DNA of 63,321 bases, counting the filler, from Collodictyon triciliatum (taxonomy: Eukaryota), in the NCBI GenBank assembly GCA_043381765.1. It is 5 parts of 5 records of this genome, joined end to end, with 100 filler letters (N's around TTAATTAATTAA, not from the genome) between each part and the next. Parts side by side here need not be neighbours in the genome. Positions count along the whole stretch, not along the records: positions 1 to 18,425 come from JBHJMP010001370.1; 4 more parts are not named here. One strand, written 5' to 3'. Shown here piece by piece: positions 1 to 12,651 of the stretch; the first letter of the stretch is position 1, and each line of letters begins with the position of its first letter. Both the position numbers and the translations under genes were made by a program. Below the pieces are notes generated by a model that was not told the DNA's origin, made no database searches, and saw nothing but the letters and a program-made list of their open reading frames with translations.

Positions 1-14
1 GAAGAGAGATGTAG

Positions 15-146
15 GAATGTGTCGTGCGATATCTCCCACAGCATATCCAACCCCTGCTACCCACGCAACCAATCAACCAGTTGGGACGCCCACCTGACCA
101 GCTCGCTATCACTGATTTCTTTCCAGTGCTAGCCTCTCCACAGTAG
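15..146 (+). pseudogene. Short open frame ending ...LGRPPDQLAITDFFPVLASPQ*; possible 3' end of a non-LTR retroelement ORF, or last exon of a gene outside the window
   Basis: Open from 15 to TAG at 144-146. Contains QLAITDFF, similar to QFLITDYF at the end of the LINE fragment at 12074-12097. AATAAA plus an A-run follows at 232-246. Confidence 0.3.
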
Positions 147-425
147 CGTCTTCTCTTACTCGCGTTTGCTCTCTACCATGCGCACCTATCTCACTTCTTT
201 TTATGGCATAACCTCGCTACACTTTGAATCGAATAAAGGAAAAAAATGCCTTGGAATGAATGACATGATTCGGTATATCTATTATTACCAAAGGATAAAA
301 AAAATAATCAAAAATAATATAATGAATTGAAAACTTGAAAAATAAAGTTAATCATAACATTCCAATGTTGTAAATTTCTAAAGAGAATGATATAATCATT
401 GATTTATGTTTGTTTAATCATTTAT

Positions 426-3400
426 TCATTGTGAAAAGGGGTCAAAAGGTCGTCTATTCTTCAGATTTTTCATCTTGACCAATGTTCGCTTGATTTCGCC
501 ACTTTTGAATAAAGGAATCACAAAAGCGATTGATGTAAAATAAAGCAGCCAGATTGAGTTCATTCCAATAAGCAGAGCTGTAATCCACAATTTCGAGTCA
601 AAAAGAGTCGACATGAGCGAAAGGAAGAAGGACAAAAAAATAATGTAGAGACTGGACAACTCCATTTGACTTTCGATTTTCGAGTGGTAAGGCTTATACT
701 CTTTTTGCATCCAAATTGAGCTCTAACAGTTTGTGCTTGATTTAATATTAATTTTCAAAAAATTATCTCATGTATTGCACCATATAAATAAATATTTAAT
801 CGACCTGAATAACGATGATGAGAAGCACGAAAAAAACCGCTGGGCTTGTGTATGGAATGACACTGAGCACAAACGAAAAAGCGATGCGGCGTGCGATTAT
901 GACAAACTCCCAATACTTGAAGGTCTATATAACATAAATCTCATAAATAGTTCAATTGATAATGGAAAAGAAAGAATATTGAATCACATACCTCTTTGTA
1001 TGGCAAGTAAAGGAATCCATATCGCGCTCCTGGTTCGTATCCAGGTCTTTCTGCCATGATTCTCACTTTCCACAATACAAAAGCAGGCAGACCGACCAAG
1101 AAAAGAACGAAAACTGGAACAGATATTGCAAGCAGTTTTTGATATTCATCCGAGGCTGGGCTGCATTGAATCCAGGGCTTGAAATTCAAATACCATTTAT
1201 TCACACCTTCGTCATAAACGGTGCATCCAAAAACACCAAACACCTCTCTTGCAACTGAGTAGTATATAAAAAACAGAAGATTCAATGCGATGAAAACAGC
1301 CTGCCAAAATAATAATAATAATTTAGTAATACTAAAGATGAAGCTGAAACAAATATAAAGATTTTACAATTAGATGTATTTTTCCTCCTTACTTTGTTCT
1401 GCTTGTGTCCATGTCCAAAATAGTACGTGGCTGAGCCAACAATGATAAAGATTGGTATTCTTGCAAAACTGAACACCAGAGAAGCAAACACACCGTCTAC
1501 TCCAAGGACACAGGAAAGGTTGGGGAATTGAATTGAGCTAATAGACGATGAAACATCAATAAAGCTGTTTGCATCTTCTGAAAGAACAAGCCCACTAGAC
1601 ACAATCGACAGTGTTTGCATGTGGAACATTATTATCCTGAGTTTCGCTGAATGAAATATTCTGATTAATATGGGAAGAATCAAAGTGAAAATAATTTAGT
1701 GACATTTACCTGATTTTGATGTCTCTGTGAAATACAGATAGCAAATGAACATAAAGAATCCAACCGAACCAAGAACCAGAGTAGAATAAATTGTTCCTTT
1801 ATTACATTTCACACATGACCTCCCTTGATTTCCGTATCCATTCTGACATTTTGAGCAGGCATAACCTTCATAACCCTCCTGACACAGGTTTATAATTTCG
1901 ACCGTCGTATTTGAATTCGAAATTTTCTCTGGAATCGACACATCACATGACTCGCGACGTGGACATGGCAGTATTGATTTCACAGAGGTGATGCTTGGTG
2001 AAGCATGACAGAATTTCAAGGACGTTCCATCAAGGCAATCACACCCTCTTGGGCATTGAACACAATTATTTCCAAAGCCGAAATATCCAGGTAAGCATTT
2101 ACAAAATTCAAAGCCGTAGTATTCTGGATTCAAGTCAACCTCCAACTCAGTTAGACCAGATTTCGAAATAATTGAAGGACAAAGGTAGCGTTTCGTTTCG
2201 TCTTGCAGATTGAAACTTGTTGTGAAATTCATGAAATCAGGAAGAAAATTGGCGGTTCCGTGATTCATCGATGTTTTATTCAATCCCAGATACTCAAGCT
2301 TTGAAAAACCTATGTATGATTCAGGAATGCTTCCAACAATCGGATTTCCAGTGAGGTCAAGGGAAGTCCAGCTCAACAGATTTGTAAGTTCATCAAGATA
2401 AGTGATGTTGTTGTTTTTAATACTTAATGTTTTTATGTTAACAACAAAGTCAAAAATCCAATGATTCAATGCTCCATAGAGTTGGTTGTCATCAAGCAAA
2501 AGGTTTTCATAAAAATAATCGATATTTCCTGAAGCTGGTGAGATGAAAACACCAATGTCTCCTGAAAATGAGTTGTTTCTCAGATCAATGGTGACTAGAT
2601 TCAGCAAATTCCAGAATGAATCAGGCATACTTCCAGAAAATTTATTGTGGGATAAAACGAGTGATTTCAACTCTAGTAATTCCTGAAAATAGGTTGGGAC
2701 TATGCCGTTCATTTTGTTCCAAGACAAGTCGATGTATTTAATTGAAGGCAATGACCAGTAATTGGGAATAGAGCCACTGACTTGGTTTTCGCTCACATCT
2801 AGTCTTGTCAGGTTATTCAGATTGAACATCGGTAATGTGCCTGTCAACTTGTTTCGGAACAATACTATTTCCTGGATGCTTTCGCAATACTTGAAATCTG
2901 GAACCTCTCCCTCCAACTGATTATCATAAACAGAAAAAATCTCCAGTTTACGCATGTTTGAGAAGTTTGAAATTGCACCTAAAATTACCCATTAATATGA
3001 TAGGAAATGTAAAATCAAAAGAAATAGAAAGGTAAAATAAGTAAAAATCACCATCCAATCTGTTTCTATCAAGGTAAATTATTTCTACATTTGGAATTCC
3101 GTTAAAATTTGGAATGGTTCCTATAATAAAAAGTTAGCTTCTTTTTATATTACATGAAAATAATAATTAACTTACCATTCAATTGATTGTTGTAAAGATA
3201 TATTTCTAAAACATTTGGAATTCCACTGAAGTTTGGAACGGTTCCTATTATATAAAGTTAGTCAGTTTATCAATATTACATGAAAATAATAATTGAAACT
3301 TACCATTCAATTGATTGTTGTAAAGATAAGTTATTTCAAGATTTGGAATCCCACTGAAGTTTGGAACGGTTCCTGTAATGTAAAGTTTGCTTCTTTTTTA

Positions 3401-5187
3401 TATTGCATGAAAATAAACCAAAAAATTACCATTCAATTGATTGCCGGAAAGAGAAATTATTTCAACATTTGGAATTCCACTGAATTTTGGAACTGTTCCT
3501 GTAATATAAGGTTAGTTTATTTTTTCTACTACATGAAAATAATAATTAAAAATTACCAGTCAATTGATTGCTGAAAAGATATATTCCTAAAACATTTGGA
3601 ATCCCACTGAAGTTTGGAACGGTTCCTGTGCTATAAAGTTAGCTTCTTTTTTATATTATACATGGAAATAATAATTAAAAATTACCAGTCAATTGATTGC
3701 TGAAAAGATAAATTATTTCAACATTTGGAATTCCACTGAAGTTTGGAACTGTTCCTGTAATAAAAAGTTAGCTTCGCATCAATAATACATGAAATAATAA
3801 TTAAAACTACCATTCAAAAGATTGCTGAAAAGCCAAATTATTTCAACATTTGGAATTCCACTGAAGTTAGGAACTGTTCCTGTAATATAAGGTTAGTTTA
3901 TTTTTTCTACCACATGATAATAATAATTAAAACTTACCAGTTAATTGATTTCTGTAAAGATATGTCTCTAAAACATTTGGAATCCCACAGAAGTTTGGAA
4001 CAGTTCCTGTTGTAAAAAAGTTGGTACTTCTATTCCATCATACTTAATAAATAAATTAAACCAAACCATGAACTTTGCAGCTATAAATTGCAAGAATCTG
4101 AATATTGGGCAACGCTGAGAAATCAGGCAGAGTTCCTGAAATGGAAAAATCATTAGAATTCAGAATAAATCTTAAAGGAAATTACTTGATACCTGTAATT
4201 TTTTCACTTCCACCAATCCACAATCTCTTCAGCGACTGTATTTCAGAAAAATCTGGTATTGTTCCTTCCAATTCATTCCCATTAATATCAAGATGTTCAA
4301 TTTTCGGCATTCCTTGAAAGTCTGGAATCGTTCCGGTAAATCGATTTTTATTGAGATTCAGATACGTAATACTTGGGAGATTAAAGTCTGGAAGATTTCC
4401 GTAAATGAAGTTGTGGCTCATGTCCAAAGAATCCAATAATTGGAGCTTCTCAAAAATCGTCGAGGCAGCTTCAATGTTACCGTTAAGATTGTTTTCAGAC
4501 ATTCTGATTTCCACGATAGGGCATGTGTTTCTCTATAAATATAAAGGAAAATATGTTAAAAATGAAATCAAAAGAGATTATTATTTCAAGAAATTACCTT
4601 ATAGTCTTCATCCGAGCAGCTCTGATGACACGATATTCCATACCAATCACAAATCGGAATACTTTCATTCTTCCATCCAGAGTTCCGAAACCAATTATCG
4701 CCGCCAAGTGAATCGTAAAGTTGGACAAGCAGTTCGTATTGGGTCCCAGCATTTCCATCTGCCACATTTCGGTTCTCTTCGTTCTCTAACCCCCGTTCTC
4801 TGTTTCTACTTCGTTTTGGCGAATGAATTTCTTTGTAGAAATCGACCTTACTAGATGTTAATTTTCTTCCATAATTCCATTCAGCACCGTGTCCATTTTC
4901 TAGCGAGTATCCTCCATCTTTGCAGCCATCCATCAACCCTGAAAAGCTATCTTCACTCTCTTTTAACAAAGGACAGTTCTCATCGTAGAAGCTCAACAGA
5001 ATTTGGAACGCATCTTCGACATTCATGGAAAGCAACTCATCTCTTGAATACTGGCATCTGTTTTCATCATTAGAGTCGAAAGTATATTTTATAAATATTC
5101 ATAAATCAAAATATACCTTTGACGTGGGTGAATTGAGTATACCGATGAAACAGCGAAAACGGTGGAAATGAAGGCAACCAAAAGCAT
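426..5187 (-). CDS. Cell-surface LRR receptor-like protein: signal peptide, LRR N-cap, many extracellular-type LRRs, Cys-rich segment and C-terminal multi-pass (~9 TM) domain
   Basis: Hand-spliced in frame with GT-AG introns. Exon 1 (5187-5117) encodes MLLVAFISTVFAVSSVYS (signal peptide). N-cap LVQLYDSLGGDNW..SGW...PICDWYGISC; LRRs of the LxLxxNxLxGxIP type; CLPGYFG and CQEGYEGYACSKCQNGY Cys motifs; TM domain with YGFLYLPYK..KYWEFVIIARR and KPY motifs; stop at 426-428. Confidence 0.9.
3052..4135 (-). repeat. Tandem array of nine exon+intron units (~124-129 bp), each a 69-nt single-LRR exon
   Basis: Exons at 3052-3120, 3176-3244, 3304-3372, 3430-3498, 3557-3625, 3686-3754, 3811-3879, 3938-4006 and 4067-4135. 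All have YAG|GAAC...TG|GT boundaries and are phase 1-1. The 55-60 nt introns resemble each other. Confidence 0.95.
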
Positions 5188-8100
5188 CGAATTTCTGGGT
5201 ATATATTTAAAATTAAGACTGATTAATCAAATGTATTTATCGCAGATTGAATTATGAAACGCACGTTGCAGGAATTTTGAGTGATATTATTCTCGATTCG
5301 AAGATATTATAGTGTTGGAAAGCAGTTCTTTTTTCGTCTGGTGAGTGCATTTCTATCCTATTGCAACCAATTTCTCAGTATAAGTTGAATATTATCAGTT
5401 CTACTGATATAATATTCACCAAACATAGGAATATTCAGCAAACATGATTTCAAGAATATTCAGTATTAAATAAAGGAATTCTCTAATGGAAGCTTAATTT
5501 TGTGTCTATTATCAAATATTATAGATTTTCCATGTGATATAATGTTGATAGAATGAAAATAATGCATTATTTATAAAAATTAATCAACAAAAACATATTG
5601 CTTAGGAAAAATGAATGAATTTTTTAGTGTATAAATTTATTTTTTAATTCTATTTCATGATTTTTTTCATTAACTGGCTTATTTTTATTTTTAACTTTCC
5701 TTCTGGTATATCAATCTCATATCAGTAAACCACTTGTCTTTTCGTAGGCTCATATATCATGATTCAATATTTATAATCATCTCTCTTGTTTCAACTTCAT
5801 ATAAACCAGATAAATAATATATTATTCAGCATCTCGAGATATTCACCGATAACCTAAAACGTTTAATTGCAAATAAAAATGAATTTTGATAGATAAGAAT
5901 ATTATAATTTTGTACTTCATATGAGTTGATTAATAAATAAAATAATTAAAAGAGAATGGAACTATTTGCATATAGTCATTGTGACGGCTAGAACTTTAGT
6001 CATTCCTAAAATTATAAATGTCAGTTCCAAATTATAAGAAAAATGTTTATGATTGTTGCATTCGTATAAATTGTTATTCATCATGATAATGAAAAATGTT
6101 AGGATAAGAAGAACCATTTATTTGAATCATCTTAGTGTCAACCATATACTCACACAGTAATTAATCAAACAATCAGAGGTTAGAACAGCCATATTATCAG
6201 ATAATTTATATTGAATCATTTATTAAAGAAACCCTGTTTGCTTGACAATATCAAATAATTATTATATGAGAAAAATGATATCGCTCTAGAACATGGCTTC
6301 CGATAAAATTTGTTCTGGATTTAAAAGTCTAAAATTGAGTATATGACATCTTCCTTCAGTTAGCTGAATTATTAATTGTTTTATAACTTTGCTTACTCAT
6401 GAAGTACGCCCATATATGTATGGAAATGGCGGCCAAGTGATGAGTCACATCCTAATATTCGGTAAACTTACATTAGCAACTGATTGAAACACCAAAACAT
6501 GTTTTGTGAGAGCTGGGTATCATCTCTAAGAGGTTCGATGATTAGCAATAAGATTCACTATAGATTTTCATGTATCTGTTTCATCGTGATTATTTCATTC
6601 TCTATAAGGAGGCACTTAGTTGTGGATTCAAATCAACCAACTATCTTAAAAATCCAATCGTATGTCAGTTTCCATATTAATATTATTCATTAAATCAAAA
6701 CCAAAGCACTCATAAGTTATATCGATAAAAATTTGACTATATTTTTGACTATTAATAGCGATATGTTTTATGTAAATCTTTTATTTCATTGAGCTCTAAA
6801 CCATGTGATTTTTAAGTTTCTTTGGAACCCAAGATAAAATCAGTGTTTATGAAAAGCTAAAGCTCACTATGATACAAAAATAATAATAAAAGGTATTGAT
6901 ATTATTCAATTTACAATCACAATCATTTCAAGAGATATTTTAGAACTGAAAGTTAAGCTACTCAATTACTTTAAATTTCTATCAATGTAGACAAATTGAA
7001 TTCTTGTATTTGAACATTTGATAAAAAATGAATAATATAGATTATCAATAAAATTGTGTATGCATTAATACTTGTACTCGGCCATATTTTGACCAAATAG
7101 GAATAAACCGAACAATATCAAGTATTTATTAAAACGATAGAATCACCAATATGAAACAACCATAGAAGCCATACTGTATGTATTGAATAAATAAATAAAT
7201 CATTATACAAACCAAAACAAATATACGAAAATATAATTTGTATGCATAAAAAGGATTTTTTTTAATATATTTGAACGATGGTAATCGTAAAACAAAAAAA
7301 GGGCGTGAGCCGTCTACCAAATCCTTGGTTAGTCAGGGGAACGTAATAATACATATAACAAATACCTTTTCATTACCTCTAATTCATTTGGAATTGGAAG
7401 GAGGAGGAGGGGTGGGTTTGTTGGATTTGATAGATCGACATCTAAATATTTAAGGGAGAAAATTTAACTAATTTAGATGATTCAATAACGATTAATTATC
7501 AAATAGGTTTCTTTATTGAGCAGTAAACTAACAAACCATTTCACTTGGAGAAACGAACAAGGTCTAGTAAGGTGAGGGGTATGGGTATGAAGCTGTGAAC
7601 AAAGATTGCAGGTCGGTCAAGGGGAGGAATGGTGTATCATTCAGCGGCAAACTGGTTTATAGCGGGAAAAAGGTATTTGTTTTTCGATTTGGATATAATA
7701 ATGGTTCATAATTTGGTTTTTGGTTTTTTTAAAATTCACATTTGATGCAAAAGTGAATCTATTGATTTAATTAAAAAGGAATGTAAAATACGGATACCAA
7801 GATTCTGCAGATAACAAAAATTTCTAGTAGAAACGTAATTTAAAGATTTTTTTGTCGATTTGGTATTCATGAGACGATACATAATAAGATTATTGAAAAA
7901 CCAACGACATATCAATGCAGATGCTTTAGACAGACATTTCATCTCGATTAAAATTAATTAGCGAATATATAGCTGATATTATTGAATTTATTGTAAGTAT
8001 TACAATATTGATTCCATGTATTTTATGTTAGGTTTAAATCTATCAACTGAATAATGAAATAACTTGCATGGCCAGACTCCGATGATAATTCTTCATTTTA

Positions 8101-9210
8101 TTGATTTTTGTTCTATCATTTTTAGTAATAGTTTTAAAAGTGAGATATTTTTAGTTAAAAAGATTAGTATTTATAAAAGTTATTTTCTTTGTTAAATAGG
8201 CAGCGTTTTCAAATTAAATAAAGTCTCCTTACCGCAAAAAAGGATACACGACTTTTGATTACAGAAATATACAAAGAATATTATGATATTTTATTTATTT
8301 TTTGGTCATGAATGACTGGAAAAAGACATACTTACTTCCACACACAACACCCTCACCGTACGTTCTTAGACCTTTACTTCAGACCATCGGGAAAACTAGG
8401 AGCCGCCAATCCACCACCCCTCCCCTTCCTCCAAGTAGTAGATCGAAACAGTTCCCTTTCCCACAGATTTTGTCTATTGTCCCTTCCAATTCCAACTGTA
8501 TTGAGTTTTGCCTATGACTTAAGTTTGAACATTTTCCGATTGAAGATGAATAATTAATGCTTAGTACGGTAGATTGAATAAAATAATGCGATTTTTCAGC
8601 TAGTCCATGAAGTTTTCACATTGAACCATTTATCAAAACGAGACCTAAATTAGGAATAAAGTTTGTTGATAATCTGCTAAAAATTAGGCTTTATAAACAC
8701 GTGTACTTAAAATGTGCGTATTTGGTTTTTCTATCGTTGAATATCAAACTTGTGACGAATTTTCTGTGATACAAATTTAAATTTTTTCGTGCTTTTCAAT
8801 TATGAAGGGTATTGGAAGGTAAAATTAGACATCAATCATATTGTTTTACTATCAGAATCTTGGTCAATCTGGCCCAATGATTGCACTATTCTTTGTAATG
8901 CCCTCAAAGTTTTAATTATGCGTTTCTTTAATTATTGTAAAAAATTAGATTAATGGAACTTGGCCTTGAAATAGATAAATTTCCTTTCTATACTATGAAT
9001 TGGCTTGGTCAACTTGCTGTATGACTTGTTTATTACCAAAAAAATGAGAGCTCCAGAATTCCTTGTACGATGAAATGGAATGACAGATAGGCCCTTTCTG
9101 AAGGTTCATGCAGTGCTATTATAAATGGTTTTTTTTTTGAGTTCATTCTGAGAAATAATCAAGATATTTTAATAGTTGAAAGTTTTGTCCTGGTCTTTCT
9201 TATCCAAAAA

Positions 9211-9371
9211 CAAGACCCAGACTACAGGCTAAACTGCAGGATGCAATTCCTGATTACCGACTACTTCTATACCACCCGGCAACCAAGCAGAGTCCATGCA
9301 AACGATGGCTAGCGAACCAAAGCCAACATCTCCATCGTCCTGTACAAAATGGAATGGAAGAATAAAAAATT
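9211..9371 (+). mobile_element. Short 5'-truncated copy of the non-LTR retrotransposon 3' end
   Basis: Closely matches the reverse complement of ~11972-12130. Encodes QDPDYRLNCRMQFLITDYFYTTRQPSRVHANDG* and ends in an A-rich stretch. Confidence 0.8.
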
Positions 9372-9954
9372 GTCGAAAATTTTGTATTGATTGTATAGAT
9401 TTTTTTATTTCAATGAACCCCCTTTAATATCGTTGAAATTGACTCATGATTGATTTTATCCAACTTGGCTACTTTTAATTCATACATCATTCCATATCAT
9501 ATACGCCTTATGAAATGTAAAGGTAAAAATTAACTAGGATAGCAAGGTATCAGAATCTACCGTTTATTTAGTCATAAAAATACATGGAGTGATTTTCCCA
9601 AATATGTGTCGTACATGAATCTGGTTGATTAAAGTATGATTTTGAGATTCAAGGAGTCGAGTTGAACAGACGTGTATCTTCAGACTTTAAGAATGGATAA
9701 TTCATTATTTATGTTTCCAAGATTTTGAGTAATACTGTAGTTGCCAATTAAAAAATAAAGATATATTTCTTCAGAGTCTGCAAAAATAATTTACAATATT
9801 CTTGCTGGTTCCGCTAATGCCTATACTGAAGAAGTTATGCTGGTTTGCCGGCTGTTATATGTTATATATTGAATACTAGACATACATAAGTCCAGGGTAT
9901 TGGATTTGGAGTCAAATAGAATAACCGAATATAAGGAATCTGATAGTAAAGGAG

Positions 9955-10150
9955 AGCAGGATAGTCGCGTGCGCTTTCGCCCCAAGGGAGAATTTGGCCT
10001 CCGATCAAATTGAAGTCAGAGACCTTGGTAGTTGCACCTCTTAAAGGTTGTAACTATTCTCGACCCTGTCAATTGCATATTGATGAGCCACAAATCCAGA
10101 TTCCATACGCTGCTGGCCTGAACCCCTTAACCAACACATCTCACTGCTTT
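9955..10150 (-). mobile_element. Degenerate fragment resembling a LINE APE-type endonuclease region
   Basis: Clear DNA similarity to 16460-16590 (shared ...GCAACTACCAAGG..CTGAC...GAGGCCAAA...). Translates as ESGFVAHQYAIDRVENSYNL*EVQLPRSLTSI*SEAKFS, with stops. Confidence 0.45.
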
Positions 10151-11187
10151 CAATCAGGATGCAACTACGGCGTCCTGTAATTTTTTTTTAAAAACTCATT
10201 CATTCACTTGTATTGAATAAAGGAAAATATGTATAAACGAGGGATTTATTTTTTTCCACCAATAGGAGAACCCCATGAAAAAGGCCGAGTTGAGAAGAGA
10301 AAAGCAAACAGATCAAAAACCAACCTGAAAGCAAATCCAAGATCTATGAGACGTTCTTAAAGTCTACGTTTGAAGGATCTCCATCGAAGTGACTTACTGT
10401 GGGCAGAGCAACCAGAGATTCAATCACCGCGAAGCTCCTAGAAAGCATCACAGACCGCATGAGATTGGAATATAATTCACTTAAAATTCTTGGTAACAAC
10501 AAAATGACAAATCAGCTAAAGCTTCGATAAAAAATAAAAATAGATTCAAGGGATATTTCATATAGTATGGATGCATGGCCAACAATGCTTTGCAACAGAA
10601 AGGCTCGGAAATCAGGAAGATGCCAGCTCTCATTGGCCAGCGAATATTCGTAATAATAAGGGCCCTAAAACCTTTGCAGGAAGGAGGAATAGTTGAATTT
10701 ATTGTTCTTTGGATATGTAGAAAAGTTTTCATATGTTTTGAGTTTTGCATTTTGGTCGGTTCGTGCGCAACATAACCCAGTGATTATGCTGGGAAAGACT
10801 AGAGCCATTCACATGAAGTTTTGTTGAAGGGACTCATCTTTGGCCGGTTCTTGTTTCTTTCATTTTATTTTTATTTGCCAGCTTTTGATAGACTACCCCA
10901 TTCTCGATCAAGTCTTTTGACTTTCTGACAACGGTAAAAGACTTGCTTAAGTTTAAACCTCTGCTTTTTTTAAAAAAGAAAATAAACGTATGTTTTCATG
11001 TTGGATTATTCAGTTTGCTTGGCCTTATGCTGATCGATGGCTTTTTATTTGTGTTCAGTTAAAAATAGTGAGTGTCCAAGCAAAAGGGATTCAATAGATC
11101 AGTTGTGTTGTGTTGGTCTTTGGCTTTTGTTCTTGAATTATTATGTGGTTGTGTCGATATGTTGTGCTGGTGTTGAGGGTGAAGGTG

Positions 11188-11225
<38 letters not shown>

Positions 11226-11971
11226 TTTACACCGAAAATGAGTCGGAGGTTGAAGGAGAAAGACATAGGTAAATTTTGTTTTCTTGATAGGAAATTTTAG
11301 TCGCGCAGAAAAATCAAAGCAAAAATCATAGCAAAAAGGCTGGACAGAGTAAAGGGTAAAAAATGGGGCTAGTGTCTTGGTTAACTGAATAAGCGGGTTA
11401 GTGATTGTCTCCAAAGTAAATAAAGCCTGGAATATATATTGTTTTCTAATACTGCAACCCAATCCATCTCTTCCATCACATTAACAATTCTTCATCGATT
11501 TCTCTTAATTTTTTTTTTTTTTTTTTGTGAGACGGCCTTTGAGCAGAGGGGAATATTACAACTGCAAATGATAAAATGTCTACCTATGGAAAGTACATTC
11601 ACATTCACATTAACATTCACATAGCAAAACATAAAAGCACCAGAACATCGCATTGTATTAGTTGAAGAGAAAAGCACATTGTGCACATCAAATGGCCCAC
11701 GTATCGACCTTATCCATTCATATATCTGATGGAAAGGGATGCAGTCCGTGACCTAAAAAAACCAGTAAATCAAAGCACTTTGATACATTTCACTGCTGAT
11801 TGTTTCTCTTGAAAGCACTGCAGGCAGATATCGCTATTGGAATCCAAAGTCTAGTTTACTAGCTTGTTACTTCTTCCTTCTTTCTTTTTTTCAATAGTTT
11901 ATTGATCAAATACATCGCCAAAGATGAATACCGTTTCTTTTTTATTGTATGTCTTTTTTTTTAAATGGTTG

Positions 11972-12651
11972 AATTTTTTTCTTCCTTTCAATTTTGTTCA
12001 GGATGGTGGAGATGTTGGCTTTGGTTCGCTAGCCATCGTTTGCATGGACTCTGCTTGGTTGCCGGGTGGTATAGAAGTAGTCGGTAATCAGGAATTGCAT
12101 CCTGCGGTTTGGCCTGTAGCCTGGGTCTTGTGCTTGCATGAGGGATAAAAGGCGAGGTTTAATATCCTTCTCAGCCTCTTTCCATATGTCTCTTCTCACA
12201 GGGTCTGAGTAGTATAGAACGTGCAGGTGGCGAAGAAAGCTATTGAGGAAAGAGATTTGTATGATGCCATCCAGCCTGTTATCAGGAATGGGTAGCTGGT
12301 TGCAGAGTCTTGCTTTGCGTGAGTATATGCGCGCTATCCACATAGTCCATAGCAAATGGCCTCGCGTCACTGCCCATAATGTTTTTGCCTCTGGACGCAG
12401 CTGTTGCAGAAGCCCAAATATCGCCTGGATTGGGCTAACAGCTGCAGCTGTCTTGAGAGTCAGTCGGAGAATCCACCGGCTGTTTCGCGCAGGTTTGGAG
12501 CGAAGGGACATTGCACAAATGTGTGCTCAATGGATTCATCACCGTTGCTGCAAAGTGTGCATTGTTGGGAGACTTTGCCAGCTTTTGCCGCGCATGTAGT
12601 TCCATAGCTCCCTATTGATGAGATGACATAAAGCATCCAAAACATTACCAA
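11972..12651 (-). mobile_element. Decayed non-LTR (L1/Tx1-like) retrotransposon, ORF2 C-terminal part
   Basis: Zinc-knuckle CTLCSNGDESIEHTFVQCPFA (zf-RVT type), then after a frameshift near 12500 LWAVTRGHLLWTMWIAR (W-x-I/M-W-x-x-R motif typical downstream of the knuckle). No introns. Confidence 0.8.

Noticed and set aside
3052-4135. CRISPR-like repeat-spacer array
   Set aside because: The units are spliceable coding exons with GT-AG introns, the 'spacers' resemble each other, and there are no cas genes.
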